Shown here: positions 1 to 9,756 of the stretch, piece after piece
How the letters are laid out: each line of letters starts with the position of its first letter
Numbering within the stretch: the stretch's first letter is position 1
DNA from: Bacteroidia bacterium
GTDB taxonomy: Bacteria; Bacteroidota; Bacteroidia; UBA4408
Assembly: GCA_044370375.1 (NCBI GenBank)
Contig: JBILVQ010000001.1
Span: forward strand, 173-64,172
Direction of reading: 5' to 3'
Length of the DNA stretch: 64,000 nt
The notes under the pieces: model-generated
The model's database searches: none
What the model saw: only the letters and a program-made list of their open reading frames with translations
Told to the model about the DNA's origin: nothing
Position numbers and translations under genes: made by a program

Positions 1-1893
1 AATACCAACGCGGCCACAGGCTTTAATGTGGGTGGATACAGGGCAGGAAGTGCAACCCAGTTAACAACCTTTAATTCCTCGTCTGCAAATCAAACCATTT
101 CGGGTATTGGTGCCAACCTTACAAACTTCAGTAATCTAACCATTAATAATACTTTTTCTTCTGGTGTGGTTTCTCTGTCAGCATCTTCTAATATTAGGGT
201 TAGCGCAACGCTTACCTTAACCGAAGGAACCCTACAAGACGGAGCAAACACCATCACGTGTATAGGAAATATCGATAACTCATCAGTGCACGCTTCAACA
301 GGTGCCGGTAGAATTCTTTGTTCCGGAACCGTTTTGCAAATTTTATCAGGCGATAACACGGGTCAGTTTGGTAATCTTACCATCAATAATTCACTTGGAT
401 TACAATCCACTGCCAATATCCAAATTAACAATACCCTTACCTTTACTTTAGGTAGTATCTACATAGATAATAAACTGCTCACTTTTAATACAAGTGCTGC
501 AGTGGCTGGAACAGTTGATGCTACCAAAATGATCAAAACCAATGGCGCATTAAGTGATAGTGGTGTGGTAAAAGTATTTGCCTCAGGTGCTTCCTCCTTT
601 ACTTTTCCCGTTGGTGTGGGTGCAAAGTACACCCCAGTAACCTATAATGTAACTGCAAATGCTGCTCCCGGCACCATTCAATTGAAGAATATTAACAACG
701 ATCATCCTGCAACCACCGATGCCGGCTCTTTTGAGTTAGGATATTATTGGAGTGTTCGTTCAACCGGATTTTCCGGATTAGCCGTTACGCACACTTATAA
801 TTATCTGAATGCTGATGTTTCAGGTACCGAGGCAAGCTATGTTACAGGAAGGTTTTTGAGCGGAGCCTGGAACCCAATTGGTGGAACCCCCGGAACGGTG
901 AATGACGTGGCCAATACAATTAGTTTGGCAGGGGTTAATTATTTGGATGGCGATTTTACAGCAGGAGAAACCAACGAGTTTTCTGCCATTGCAACGCTTT
1001 ATAGCCGCGATGCCACCTTTGGAGGTAATTGGGATGATGTAAATACATGGTCCTCGGTAAGTCATGCAGGTCCTGCTGCAGGTTTTATCCCAACTTTTCA
1101 TAATGTAATCATCGCTGCAGGACATACCGTTAATTCAAACGGAAACTTCAGAACATCTTCTACCCTGCAAATAAATGGAACGCTTGATTTGGCAAATGAT
1201 ATTGGCAATAACTTTGGAACGGTTTCTGGAAATGGAATTATCCGAATTTCTGCCACAGGTGGCGGTAGCTTCATTTTTCCGGGTGGGTCATATGTTTCCA
1301 CAGAAAGTGAAATTGTTATCGATAATTTGGAAGAAGGAAAGTATTCTGTCATTAACGGAAATTCTTTTTGCGGAAAAATTGGAACAGAAGTATCCCTTCA
1401 TTATGAGAAAGACTTGTCGGCCGGTTTTTCAATCGAGAAAAATTCCGAAAATGCTTTGTTGGTGAAGTTGATACCTGATCAGGTAGGTAGCGATATAATC
1501 AGATGGAATTTCGGAGATGGTTCTGTGATAGAAGCAGAAGGGGAGACTCAACATACGTATTCTTCAGGTGGAAACTTTATTGTGCAAATGGAGAAAATCA
1601 ATGGCGAATGCCGGGTAGTAGGAGAGAAGCAAATTGTGATTGGAACCAATGACAATGGATTTGAAATCCTGAATAATCAGGATGTATTAAAGGTAAAATA
1701 TGTTTCTGAAAACTCGGCCTATGCTTTGATAGAGATTACCAACCTCAGCGGACAAGTGGTTTCTGAAGTTGTTCAGGATTATTTTAATGCATCAGTTAGA
1801 GATATTTCCATTGCCCACTTATCTCCGGGCATTTATATGGTGAATATCAAATCGAATGGTAAGATTCTGTCGAAGAAAATTTTTAAGGAATAG
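1..1893 (+). CDS. C-terminal part of a secreted T9SS cargo protein with a PKD domain and a type-A Por-secretion C-terminal sorting domain. The 5' end lies upstream of the window.
   Basis: The reading frame is open from nt 1 and the ORF track gives 28..1893. A PKD signature is present (RWNFGDGSVIEAEGETQHTY...G). The C-terminus (LSPGIYMVNIKSNGKILSKKIFKE) matches the Por_Secre_tail/T9SS type-A CTD pattern. The upstream part is rich in Asn/Thr/Gly repeats, consistent with a beta-helix adhesin. Confidence 0.7.
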   Translation, partial: NTNAATGFNVGGYRAGSATQLTTFNSSSANQTISGIGANLTNFSNLTINNTFSSGVVSLSASSNIRVSATLTLTEGTLQDGANTITCIGNIDNSSVHASTGAGRILCSGTVLQILSGDNTGQFGNLTINNSLGLQSTANIQINNTLTFTLGSIYIDNKLLTFNTSAAVAGTVDATKMIKTNGALSDSGVVKVFASGASSFTFPVGVGAKYTPVTYNVTANAAPGTIQLKNINNDHPATTDAGSFELGYYWSVRSTGFSGLAVTHTYNYLNADVSGTEASYVTGRFLSGAWNPIGGTPGTVNDVANTISLAGVNYLDGDFTAGETNEFSAIATLYSRDATFGGNWDDVNTWSSVSHAGPAAGFIPTFHNVIIAAGHTVNSNGNFRTSSTLQINGTLDLANDIGNNFGTVSGNGIIRISATGGGSFIFPGGSYVSTESEIVIDNLEEGKYSVINGNSFCGKIGTEVSLHYEKDLSAGFSIEKNSENALLVKLIPDQVGSDIIRWNFGDGSVIEAEGETQHTYSSGGNFIVQMEKINGECRVVGEKQIVIGTNDNGFEILNNQDVLKVKYVSENSAYALIEITNLSGQVVSEVVQDYFNASVRDISIAHLSPGIYMVNIKSNGKILSKKIFKE

Positions 1894-1978
1894 AGCCTAA
1901 TTAGGACAATGTACTAAAAGCGGTTAGAAGCCGGATTGGTTTCTAGCTGGAAGGCTGAATAAGCATTTAGCGGCAAAT

Positions 1979-2020
1979 AAAGAAAGGGAGACAAATTAAT
2001 TTTGACTCCCTTTCTTTTTT
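1979..2020. terminator. Bidirectional rho-independent terminator between convergent genes
   Basis: A perfect 12-bp inverted repeat is present: AAAGAAAGGGAG, a 15-nt loop, then CTCCCTTTCTTT. It is followed by a T-run on the + strand and preceded by an A-run (a T-run on the - strand). It lies between the stop of the + CDS at 1893 and the stop of the - CDS at 2038. Confidence 0.5.
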
Positions 2021-2037
2021 ACCACATGGAAATAAAA

Positions 2038-3024
2038 CTATATTTCTCTTTCAATCAAAGAGTAAGAAAATTCTTTCATCGAATTTTTTTTATGATCCTG
2101 GCAGGAAAGTTTATCCAAAAATCCGATGCCTTCCTCAAAGTGATCTTTCATCGCTGCCTCGGCAAGTTTCCTTATACCCAGAAAATCATAAATTTGCTTT
2201 ACTGCTTCAACCTTTTTGTCGGGATCAGAATCTCCGGAGAATAGCCAGTATTGCAAATCTTCTTTGGTATATCCTGAAGCCAATTCAAGTGCTTTAAGCA
2301 ACAAATAGGTTTTTTTATTGGCTACAATATCTCCGCCGGCCTGTTTGCCAAATTTCGTTGTTTCGCCATACACATCCAGAATATCATCTTGTAATTGAAA
2401 GGCAATGCCACAGTGCTTTCCAAAAGAATAAAGATGGTCTGCATCGCTTGCAGAAGCCCCGGCGGTAATAGCGCCAATTTTCAAACTACCCGCCAACAAA
2501 ACTGCGGTTTTGAGCATGATCATTCTTGTGTATTGGTCTATACTTACCAAATCTTTTTTCTCAAAATTCATATCCCATTGTTGCCCCTCACAGACTTCGA
2601 TGGCACATTTCCAGAAGGTTCCTAATACATTTTCAACGATTTCAGGCCGGGTTTTTGCCATTAATTTACACGACTCAACAAACATGGTATCGCCGGATAA
2701 TATGGCAATGTTGGCATTCCATTTTGCATGAACAGTTGCTTGCCCTCTTCTGAGAGGCGCATTATCCATGATGTCGTCATGCAGTAGCGTGAAATTATGA
2801 AATACTTCAATACCCATGGCAGGATAAAGGGCATCTTCAATCCGGCCATTGAATAAATCGTTTGCCATCAACAGCAACATTGGCCTTAATCTTTTTCCGC
2901 CTAGCTGCAGCGTATAGTCAATGGGTTGGTATAATTCTGAAGGTTGTTTGCCTGAAATCTCTTTTCGAAAAGCCTCAATGGCGTTTTCTAAAGTTTTTTT
3001 AAAAAAAGGGGTGTCCAAAATCAA
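2038..3024 (-). CDS. Polyprenyl diphosphate synthase (trans-isoprenyl diphosphate synthase family), probably an IspB or GGPPS type
   Basis: The first Asp-rich motif (FARM) is LLHDDIMDNAPLRRG and the second Asp-rich motif is FQLQDDILDVYG. The 328-aa length is typical. A 4-nt ATGA-type overlap with the upstream epimerase gene suggests translational coupling. Confidence 0.85.
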   Translation of the reverse strand: MILDTPFFKKTLENAIEAFRKEISGKQPSELYQPIDYTLQLGGKRLRPMLLLMANDLFNGRIEDALYPAMGIEVFHNFTLLHDDIMDNAPLRRGQATVHAKWNANIAILSGDTMFVESCKLMAKTRPEIVENVLGTFWKCAIEVCEGQQWDMNFEKKDLVSIDQYTRMIMLKTAVLLAGSLKIGAITAGASASDADHLYSFGKHCGIAFQLQDDILDVYGETTKFGKQAGGDIVANKKTYLLLKALELASGYTKEDLQYWLFSGDSDPDKKVEAVKQIYDFLGIRKLAEAAMKDHFEEGIGFLDKLSCQDHKKNSMKEFSYSLIEREI

Positions 3025-3980
3025 AGAATGAATTTAGAATTTTCAATGATGATTTTCATTCCGTCTTCAAAAGGCAGCATTGGCCGGTCCAAAAGAGTTT
3101 TCATTTTCGAAATATCCGGCTTTCTTCTTGTCATGTCTCCTTCTTCCAGAGCCGACATGTGTGTGATTTTTGAAGAAGAATTGGTTAAGGAAATTATTTT
3201 TTTTGCCAGCTCTAAGATGGTAACTTCCTCATCACCGCCAATGTTTACAACATCATTAACATACATGTTCCTTTCGAAAGCGTTCACAGTAGCGGCAATG
3301 TTGTCATCTATAAAACAGAAAGTCCTTGTTTGAGAGCCATCTCCATAAACGGTAATCGGTTTGTCTTTTAAGGCCTTTGCCAGAAATTTGCTTACAACAA
3401 AATCTTTACTTTGTTTGGGCCCATAGGTGTTGAAAAATCTGAAAACAGTATATTCTAGTCCGTATTCAACCTTGTACGACTTTAAAAATGCTTCGCCTAC
3501 ATTTTTTACAATCGCATAAGGAAGTCTAGAATTTAATGGTGTTGTATGTTCATTTTGAGGAAATTCTACTGGTTCACCATAAACCTCAGAACTTGAGGAA
3601 TAGTAAATTCTTTTAACCCCTGAATTTTTTGAAAGCGTGCAAATATTTTTTAAGCCAATAATATCGTTTAGCACCATTACTGGGTTTTTCAAAGTTCTTT
3701 GCACCCCAACCAATGCAGCATAGTGAAATACATAGTCGAAGCGAAAGGCATAAAAAATACCGGAGATATCATCAAAATTATTCACATCTGCTTTGATAAA
3801 GCGAATGTTGTTATGCTTAGAAACAGGAACTTTTTCTATTTCTCCGGTAATTAGATTGTCGGCAATTACTACGTAATTGTTGGGGTTTTCGGCAAGTTTT
3901 TCGGCCAGTGCGCTGGCAATAAACCCCGCTCCACCGGTTACAAGGATGCTGGTCATGTGTGGTTGAATACTTTGTGGCAT
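3021..3980 (-). CDS. NAD-dependent epimerase/dehydratase (extended SDR family, of the UDP-glucuronate decarboxylase or UDP-sugar 4-epimerase type)
   Basis: An N-terminal Rossmann motif (LVTGGAGFIASALAEKL) is followed by catalytic S..Y...K elements (YSSSSEVYG, YAIVKNVGE). Its start overlaps the rfbA stop by 1 nt (TAATG). Confidence 0.8.
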   Translation of the reverse strand: MPQSIQPHMTSILVTGGAGFIASALAEKLAENPNNYVVIADNLITGEIEKVPVSKHNNIRFIKADVNNFDDISGIFYAFRFDYVFHYAALVGVQRTLKNPVMVLNDIIGLKNICTLSKNSGVKRIYYSSSSEVYGEPVEFPQNEHTTPLNSRLPYAIVKNVGEAFLKSYKVEYGLEYTVFRFFNTYGPKQSKDFVVSKFLAKALKDKPITVYGDGSQTRTFCFIDDNIAATVNAFERNMYVNDVVNIGGDEEVTILELAKKIISLTNSSSKITHMSALEEGDMTRRKPDISKMKTLLDRPMLPFEDGMKIIIENSKFIL

Positions 3981-4837
3981 TAGGGTAAATTAATTAGGTA
4001 GGAGCCATAACCGCTTTTCAGCAAAGGTTCGGCCAATTCAATGAGTTTTTGTTTGGTGATAAAGCCTTGTCGGTAGGCTACTTCTTCAATACATCCTATT
4101 TTCAAACCTTGTCGCTCTTCAATCACCTGAACAAACTGACCGGCCTGCATCAAAGAGGAAAATGTTCCGGTATCAAGCCAAGCAGTACCTCTGTCCAATA
4201 TTCCAACTTTAAGTTTACCCTGCGAAAGATAGTTCTTATTTACATCGGTGATTTCGTATTCTCCGCGGGCACTTGGCTTCAAATTTTTGGCTATTTCCAC
4301 CACTGTGTTGTCATAAAAATACAAACCGGGCACGGCAAAATTCGATTTGGGGACCTTGGGCTTTTCCTCAATGGAGATGGCCCTGTTGTTTTGATCAAAC
4401 TCCACCACCCCATATCTTTCAGGGTCTGAAACATGATAGGCGAAAACTACACCACCTTCAGGATTGTTGTTTTCTGCAAGAAGTTTTTGTAAACCGCTTC
4501 CGTAGAAAATATTATCACCTAAAATTAACGCAACCTTTTCGGTCCCGATAAACTGTTCACCAATAACAAATGCCTGTGCAAGTCCGTTGGGTGTTGGCTG
4601 TTCGGCATATTCAAAGTTGCAGCCAAGGTTTTTTCCATCACCCAGGAGTCGTTTAAAATGCGGTAAATCATGGGGAGTCGAAATAATCAGGATTTCATTG
4701 ATTCCGGCCATCATTAACACTGAGAGCGGATAATAAATCATAGGTTTATCATAAACAGGCATTAACTGTTTACTCACCGCAAGCGTAAGAGGATGCAACC
4801 TCGTTCCGGATCCACCGGCTAAAATAATTCCTTTCAT
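3980..4837 (-). CDS. rfbA: Glucose-1-phosphate thymidylyltransferase
   Basis: The canonical N-terminus [18 protein letters not shown] is present, with RmlA-like sequence throughout. The ORF track extends to 4903, but the conserved start is the internal Met, whose ATG ends at 4837. The 22-aa upstream extension is probably not translated. Confidence 0.85.
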   Translation of the reverse strand: MKGIILAGGSGTRLHPLTLAVSKQLMPVYDKPMIYYPLSVLMMAGINEILIISTPHDLPHFKRLLGDGKNLGCNFEYAEQPTPNGLAQAFVIGEQFIGTEKVALILGDNIFYGSGLQKLLAENNNPEGGVVFAYHVSDPERYGVVEFDQNNRAISIEEKPKVPKSNFAVPGLYFYDNTVVEIAKNLKPSARGEYEITDVNKNYLSQGKLKVGILDRGTAWLDTGTFSSLMQAGQFVQVIEERQGLKIGCIEEVAYRQGFITKQKLIELAEPLLKSGYGSYLINLP

Positions 4838-5118
4838 TTTTTTGGGAAATGGCACATCCGTAATTGCTTTCCGTAATTTTGAATTTCGTTTGGTTGCTTC
4901 CAATTCATTTCTTCCGGTCTGAAAATTACCTGTGCCTGTTTTAACCTACAAAAAGTTGTTCGCATTACAACATACAAACCTACGTTATTTCTGCAAAAAC
5001 TCCAAAGTTTTGATGCTAACCCTACTCTTCAAATTTTAATTAAAGTTCCACCTCCCTAATTTAGAATGCTTTGGTTAACTGCAAGGTCATGGTATCTTGT
5101 AAATTGTAAGACTAAGTT

Positions 5119-5126
5119 TAACTTTG
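5119..5126 (+). promoter_or_regulatory. Candidate Bacteroidota sigma-A -7 box (TAnnTTTG) upstream of ribF
   Basis: The sequence TAACTTTG sits about 18 nt upstream of the TTG start of ribF. This is a motif match only. Confidence 0.25.
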
Positions 5127-5143
5127 TGTAAAATAAGCGGATT

Positions 5144-6076
5144 TTGCAGGTTTTCAATGATATTGCCCAATTAGCCTCTGCCTTGCCTGGTGCTTGTGTA
5201 GCTACAACCGGTACCTTCGATGGGGTACACTTGGGGCATAAAAAAATACTTACAGCCCTTTCAGAGGCTGGAAAGAAAAGAGGGATCCCCAGCGTATTGG
5301 TTACTTTTTGGCCACACCCACGACTGGTTTTGTTCCCCGACGATCCTCAACTTAAACTATTAAGTTCTCCAGAAGAAAAGTACGATTTATTAGCCTCCAT
5401 CGGAATAGATTTTTTGCTTGTTATCCCTTTTTCTAAGGAATTTTCGCGCATGTCCTCCCTTGAATTTGTTCGCGACCTTTTGGTTCAACAACTAAAAGCT
5501 ATCCATTTGGTGATGGGATATGATCACCATTTCGGAAGGAATCGCGAAGGGTCCATTGCCAACATGAAGGAATTTGGAGTGCTCTACAATTTTTCTGTTG
5601 AGGAGGTTCCTGCTTTGAACATCGCTGAGGTTTCCATTAGCTCTTCTAAAATTCGAAGTTTGCTCGAAGAAGGAAGCATTCCGCTGGCCAACAGCTTTTT
5701 GGGCTATTCCTATTCCCTTTCCGCATCGGTGGGTAAGGGCGACCAAAGGGGAAAATCACTTGGGTTTCCAACCGCTAATCTTTTGCTGGCCAATCCTTTG
5801 AAAATAGTACCGGGAAATGGTGTCTATGTAGTTAATGTAAAAAGTTTGTTTGGGGTTCATCGCGGAATGATGAATATTGGAACCAATCCTACCTTTTCTG
5901 ATAATTCTTTGCTGAAAATGGAAGTCCATCTTTTGGATTTTGATGGAGATTTATACAACAGTCAGATAACGGTGGTTTTTTTGCAAAAAATCAGAGAGGA
6001 AAAGAAATTTTCATCCCCCGATGAATTGGTGGCCCAATTATTGCACGATAAGCAGGTTGCCCAGAATTTTATTTAA
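5144..6076 (+). CDS. ribF: Bifunctional riboflavin kinase / FMN adenylyltransferase
   Basis: The N-terminal FAD-synthetase motif TGTFDGVHLGHKKIL is present, with a C-terminal riboflavin-kinase domain (GDQRGKSLGFPTANL). The ORF track begins at a TTG codon. Confidence 0.85.
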   Translation: MQVFNDIAQLASALPGACVATTGTFDGVHLGHKKILTALSEAGKKRGIPSVLVTFWPHPRLVLFPDDPQLKLLSSPEEKYDLLASIGIDFLLVIPFSKEFSRMSSLEFVRDLLVQQLKAIHLVMGYDHHFGRNREGSIANMKEFGVLYNFSVEEVPALNIAEVSISSSKIRSLLEEGSIPLANSFLGYSYSLSASVGKGDQRGKSLGFPTANLLLANPLKIVPGNGVYVVNVKSLFGVHRGMMNIGTNPTFSDNSLLKMEVHLLDFDGDLYNSQITVVFLQKIREEKKFSSPDELVAQLLHDKQVAQNFI

Positions 6077-6667
6077 ATGCAGTTAAAGGCATTTGGTCTT
6101 CATTTTTGTTTTTCACTTTTGTTTTGCCTCATGGGTATTTCAACCCTGAAGGCAGAAAAGAGGGTTTACACCTCCTTGATTGATGCCCTTCGTGATAGTT
6201 TATCGGTTGAAGTACTCGATTTGAGCAGAGACGGTTTGCACGAGGTTCCTCATCGTATTGCCGCCCTTGTGAATTTAAAGGAGCTCTATTTAGCGCACAA
6301 TAAAATTGATGAGCTACCTCCTTTCATCGGATCACTCACCAAACTCGAGATTTTGGATGTCTCCGTCAATAAGTTGACAACCATTCCCTACCAAATTGGT
6401 AGCCTTTCTGCACTCAGGGAATTGGTGTTGTTTAGGAATCGAATTGCTCTGCTGCCTCCTTCCATCGGTTCGTTGAAGTCCCTTAACAAGCTGGATCTGT
6501 GGAATAATGAGCTTGAATTTTTGCCCCCGGAATTGCTTCAGTTAACCAGCTTGCAAGAGTTGGATTTAAGAGGAATCATTATCCCTTATGAAGAGCAAAA
6601 AAAGCTGAGTAAAAACCTGCCCGCAACACAAATTTATTTTTCAACCCCTTGTAATTGTTCCAAATAA
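6077..6667 (+). CDS. Secreted leucine-rich repeat (LRR) protein
   Basis: An N-terminal signal peptide (FGLHFCFSLLFCLMGISTLKA) is followed by about six LxxLxxLxLxxNxLxxLPxxIGxL repeats. The start abuts the ribF stop (TAAATG). The 3' end overlaps the response-regulator start by 13 nt. Confidence 0.7.
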   Translation: MQLKAFGLHFCFSLLFCLMGISTLKAEKRVYTSLIDALRDSLSVEVLDLSRDGLHEVPHRIAALVNLKELYLAHNKIDELPPFIGSLTKLEILDVSVNKLTTIPYQIGSLSALRELVLFRNRIALLPPSIGSLKSLNKLDLWNNELEFLPPELLQLTSLQELDLRGIIIPYEEQKKLSKNLPATQIYFSTPCNCSK

Positions 6668-7353
6668 CCATGAGCCAAAAAATATTGTTAATTGAGGATG
6701 AAGAAAAAACAGCCCTTTCTCTGAAGATGGGTTTGGAAGAAAATAAGTTTACGGTTGATTGGGTTTCAGACGGAACCGAAGGACTCAGGTGCGCCCTGAA
6801 TAACAGGTACGAATTGATTGTTTCAGATATTATTATTCCTGAAATGAGTGGAGTGGAATTATGTGCCGCGCTTAGAGCCAGTGGAGTTTCTACACCGGTT
6901 TTGTTAATTTCTGCTTTGGGAACCCTTGATGATAAGATGAAGGGCTTTGATGCCGGTTCAGACGATTACCTGGTGAAACCCTTCGCCTTTGAAGAGTTGA
7001 TTGCAAGAATGAAGGCCCTGTTGAAGCGTTCAAAGGAATTCGTTAAACCGCTTAAAGTTTTATCCTACGGAAAATACGAACTTGATTTGGAAGACAAAGT
7101 TATTCGTGTAGAAAATATAATTGTAGAACTTACCCCACGCGAATTTGCTCTCATGGAATATTTTATTCTTAACAAAGAAAAAGTAATTTCAAGAACCGAA
7201 ATTGCCGAGAAAATTTGGCATATTACCTTTGATGCAGCTACCAATGTAATTGATGTTTATGTAAATTATTTGCGAAAAAAACTTGAAAAATCTTTTGGCG
7301 ATAAGTTGATACAAACCCGCCATGGGCTGGGCTATATGTTGAAGCAATCCTAA
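6655..7353 (+). CDS. Response regulator transcription factor, OmpR/PhoB family (receiver domain plus winged helix)
   Basis: Receiver-domain features include ILLIEDEEK, a conserved Asp in VSDIIIP and LTALG..D. The C-terminal winged HTH is TPREFALMEYF...RHGLGY. The stop overlaps the HK start (TAATG). Confidence 0.85.
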   Translation: MFQITMSQKILLIEDEEKTALSLKMGLEENKFTVDWVSDGTEGLRCALNNRYELIVSDIIIPEMSGVELCAALRASGVSTPVLLISALGTLDDKMKGFDAGSDDYLVKPFAFEELIARMKALLKRSKEFVKPLKVLSYGKYELDLEDKVIRVENIIVELTPREFALMEYFILNKEKVISRTEIAEKIWHITFDAATNVIDVYVNYLRKKLEKSFGDKLIQTRHGLGYMLKQS

Positions 7354-8735
7354 TGCAAATCAGATCGAAATTAACGGTTAATTTCACAAGTATTGTAGTT
7401 GTTATAATTGCAGTTAGTTTTCTTTCTATTTTTTGGTCCTCTGCAAATTACCGACACGAAGAGTTTGTTCTTCGTTTGAATCAAAAAGCATCCACTACGG
7501 CAGAACTTTATTTCACGGTTGATGAGGTTGATTCTGCTTTGTTGAAATTGATTGATAGTAAAAAAAGAGATTTGCTGTTTAAAGAAAATGTCTTGATTTA
7601 CGATAGTGAATTTCGTAAGCTATACCAAAGTACAGATTCCGTTTTTTTTAATTTGCCCTTAACCGAATTGGCAACCTTTCAACCTAATGTTGTGCATGAA
7701 TTTGATGCTGGTGATTTTGAAATAATCGGATTTATTTATCCGTTCAAGAACAAGAAACACTATGTTGTTGCAGGAGGAATTGACAGGTATGGCCTGCGAA
7801 AAGTAAATTATCTCATGAATACCCTTTTGATTTCTTTTGTGGTGTTTTCTTTATTGGTTTTTTTTGCCGGATACTTTTTTTCCGGCAAAGCCCTCGAACC
7901 AATTTCCAAAATTGTAAAACAAGTAAGATCCTTTACTCCGGCCAATTTATCCTCACGGCTAAGCGTAGATAATAACAGGGATGAGTTGGCGAGGTTGTCG
8001 CAAACCATTAACAGTTTGCTCACCAGAATTGAAAGTGCTTTTCACCTTCAAAAAAGTTTTGTTGCTAATGCCTCCCACGAATTAAGAAACCCCTTGGCGA
8101 TGATTACATCTCAAATTGAAGTGGGTCTTTTGAAGGAACGCGAAACCCAAGATTATCAAAGAATTTTGGAGTCCATTCTCGAAGATATTAAGGGGATCAA
8201 TGAAATTGTACAACGCTTGATGGAATTGGCGAATATTGAATCTGATTCTTCCGGCATTCTCTTCAGTAAGGTTAGGCCCGATGAAATTCTTTATCAGGCA
8301 AGACTTGATTTTTTGAAGGTAAAGCAAGATGCTCAGATTGATACAGATGTGCTTGCTTTGCCCGAGGATGAAAATGTTTTGGTTGAATATGGCAATGAAA
8401 GATTGTTAAGAATTGCTTTCTTTAATCTGATAGAGAACGCCTACAAATATTCAAATTTTGGCAAGGTGCTTATTACTTTTGAAACGAAAAAGAACCAGAA
8501 CATCATTAGTTTCGTGAATGAATCAAAATTTATGCAGGATTTAGACCTTACAAAAATATTCGAACCCTTCCACCGTGGAAACGTGCACCGAAACATTAAA
8601 GGGCACGGAATTGGACTATACCTGGTGAAAAAAATTATTGATATTCACCATTGTAACATTCAGGTGGTAAAATTGGGAGAGCAAACTGTAAAATTTATTA
8701 TTTCCTTCCCCCAAAAGCAATCTGCCTTTAATTAG
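7353..8735 (+). CDS. Sensor histidine kinase (two TM helices, periplasmic sensor domain, HAMP, HisKA, HATPase_c)
   Basis: The H-box is ASHELRNPL. The N and G boxes are FFNLIENAYKYS and GHGIGLYLVKKI. Two hydrophobic segments flank a region of about 130 aa. Confidence 0.85.
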   Translation: MQIRSKLTVNFTSIVVVIIAVSFLSIFWSSANYRHEEFVLRLNQKASTTAELYFTVDEVDSALLKLIDSKKRDLLFKENVLIYDSEFRKLYQSTDSVFFNLPLTELATFQPNVVHEFDAGDFEIIGFIYPFKNKKHYVVAGGIDRYGLRKVNYLMNTLLISFVVFSLLVFFAGYFFSGKALEPISKIVKQVRSFTPANLSSRLSVDNNRDELARLSQTINSLLTRIESAFHLQKSFVANASHELRNPLAMITSQIEVGLLKERETQDYQRILESILEDIKGINEIVQRLMELANIESDSSGILFSKVRPDEILYQARLDFLKVKQDAQIDTDVLALPEDENVLVEYGNERLLRIAFFNLIENAYKYSNFGKVLITFETKKNQNIISFVNESKFMQDLDLTKIFEPFHRGNVHRNIKGHGIGLYLVKKIIDIHHCNIQVVKLGEQTVKFIISFPQKQSAFN

Positions 8736-8736
8736 T

Positions 8737-9570
8737 CTAGGAAAATAATACACTGGTTCCGTAGCCCGATTTAACTGGGTTTACAATCAATACGGGTATT
8801 TGTGCATCATTGGTAATAATGGTTCTTTCATCTGTTCCGGCAAGAATTTCCGGGAAGCCGCTTTCCTGACTGTTTACAACCGCAATTAAATCAATATCCT
8901 GTGCTGCTGCATAAGCCAACATGTTTTTTACAAAAGCGCCTGAAGCATTAATTTCCTGAACATCAAATTCAATTTTATTGATTCTCAATTCGTTTTTGGC
9001 AAGAGCAACATTGTTGGCAACCGTTTGCTTAAAGTGATCGTCACTGGCCAATGGGTAAAAAATGTGAACCTTGGAACCAAATGATTTAGCCACTGAAATT
9101 GTCATGGATAATTTTTGTTTCGTTTCTTTCGAAAAATCCATCGGAAGCAAAATGTTTTGGTATCCATCCCTGAACTTTCTTTCCTGAACCACAATAAAAG
9201 GAACCTTTGAATTGGTTATTACTTTCACTGCATAACTTCCTAAAATATGCTGCATGCCCTTAACACCGTGGGTTCCCATAACAATCAGTTTTGCATCGTT
9301 CTCTGAGGCAAAATTTCCAATGGCATCAAAAATAGAGCCTACTCTTGTTGCGATGGTCAAATGCACATTCGCAGGAACAGGAAATCTGTTTACTGTATCG
9401 TGAAGGCTTTTTTCCGCATCCTTAATCTCCTTTTCTTTGGCAACAATATTTAGCAATATAATTCTGCTCTCTGATTGTCTGCTCGCTATGCCTATCGCGT
9501 GAGTGAGCGCACAATCTGCTACTGCCGAAAAATCAGTAGGAACAATGATGGTATTTCCAATAGGGTTCAT
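8737..9570 (-). CDS. Universal stress protein, tandem UspA domains
   Basis: It is a paralogue of the 25371..26204 product (MNPIGNTIIVPTDFS vs MKKFLVPTDFS). The ATP-binding-like motif VMGTHGVKGMQHILGSYA is present. The ORF track extends to 9756, but the conserved start is the internal ATG ending at 9570. Confidence 0.75.
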   Translation of the reverse strand: MNPIGNTIIVPTDFSAVADCALTHAIGIASRQSESRIILLNIVAKEKEIKDAEKSLHDTVNRFPVPANVHLTIATRVGSIFDAIGNFASENDAKLIVMGTHGVKGMQHILGSYAVKVITNSKVPFIVVQERKFRDGYQNILLPMDFSKETKQKLSMTISVAKSFGSKVHIFYPLASDDHFKQTVANNVALAKNELRINKIEFDVQEINASGAFVKNMLAYAAAQDIDLIAVVNSQESGFPEILAGTDERTIITNDAQIPVLIVNPVKSGYGTSVLFS

Positions 9571-9723
9571 TTGATGTTTTCCTGTTTTTAGGAACGCAAA
9601 GTAACAAAAAATGATTGTAAAGGGGGCATTAATTTTGATAGTTTTTATCAAAAAATGTTTGTTTTTCGAAGAATTATTGCAACTTTGCGGGTCAACCCAA
9701 AAATGGGTGACTACCCATTGGTT

Positions 9724-9731
9724 TAGTTTTG
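9724..9731 (+). promoter_or_regulatory. Candidate -7 box (TAGTTTTG) for the giant adhesin gene. An inverted repeat ATGGGT-N4-ACCCAT lies nearby (about 9694-9709).
   Basis: A TAnnTTTG match lies about 26 nt upstream of the ATG at 9757. An adjacent 6-bp inverted repeat with a 4-nt spacer sits in the divergent Usp/adhesin intergenic region. These are motif matches only. Confidence 0.25.
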
Positions 9732-9756
9732 TACAATTAATCGAGGATTTCAGCAT

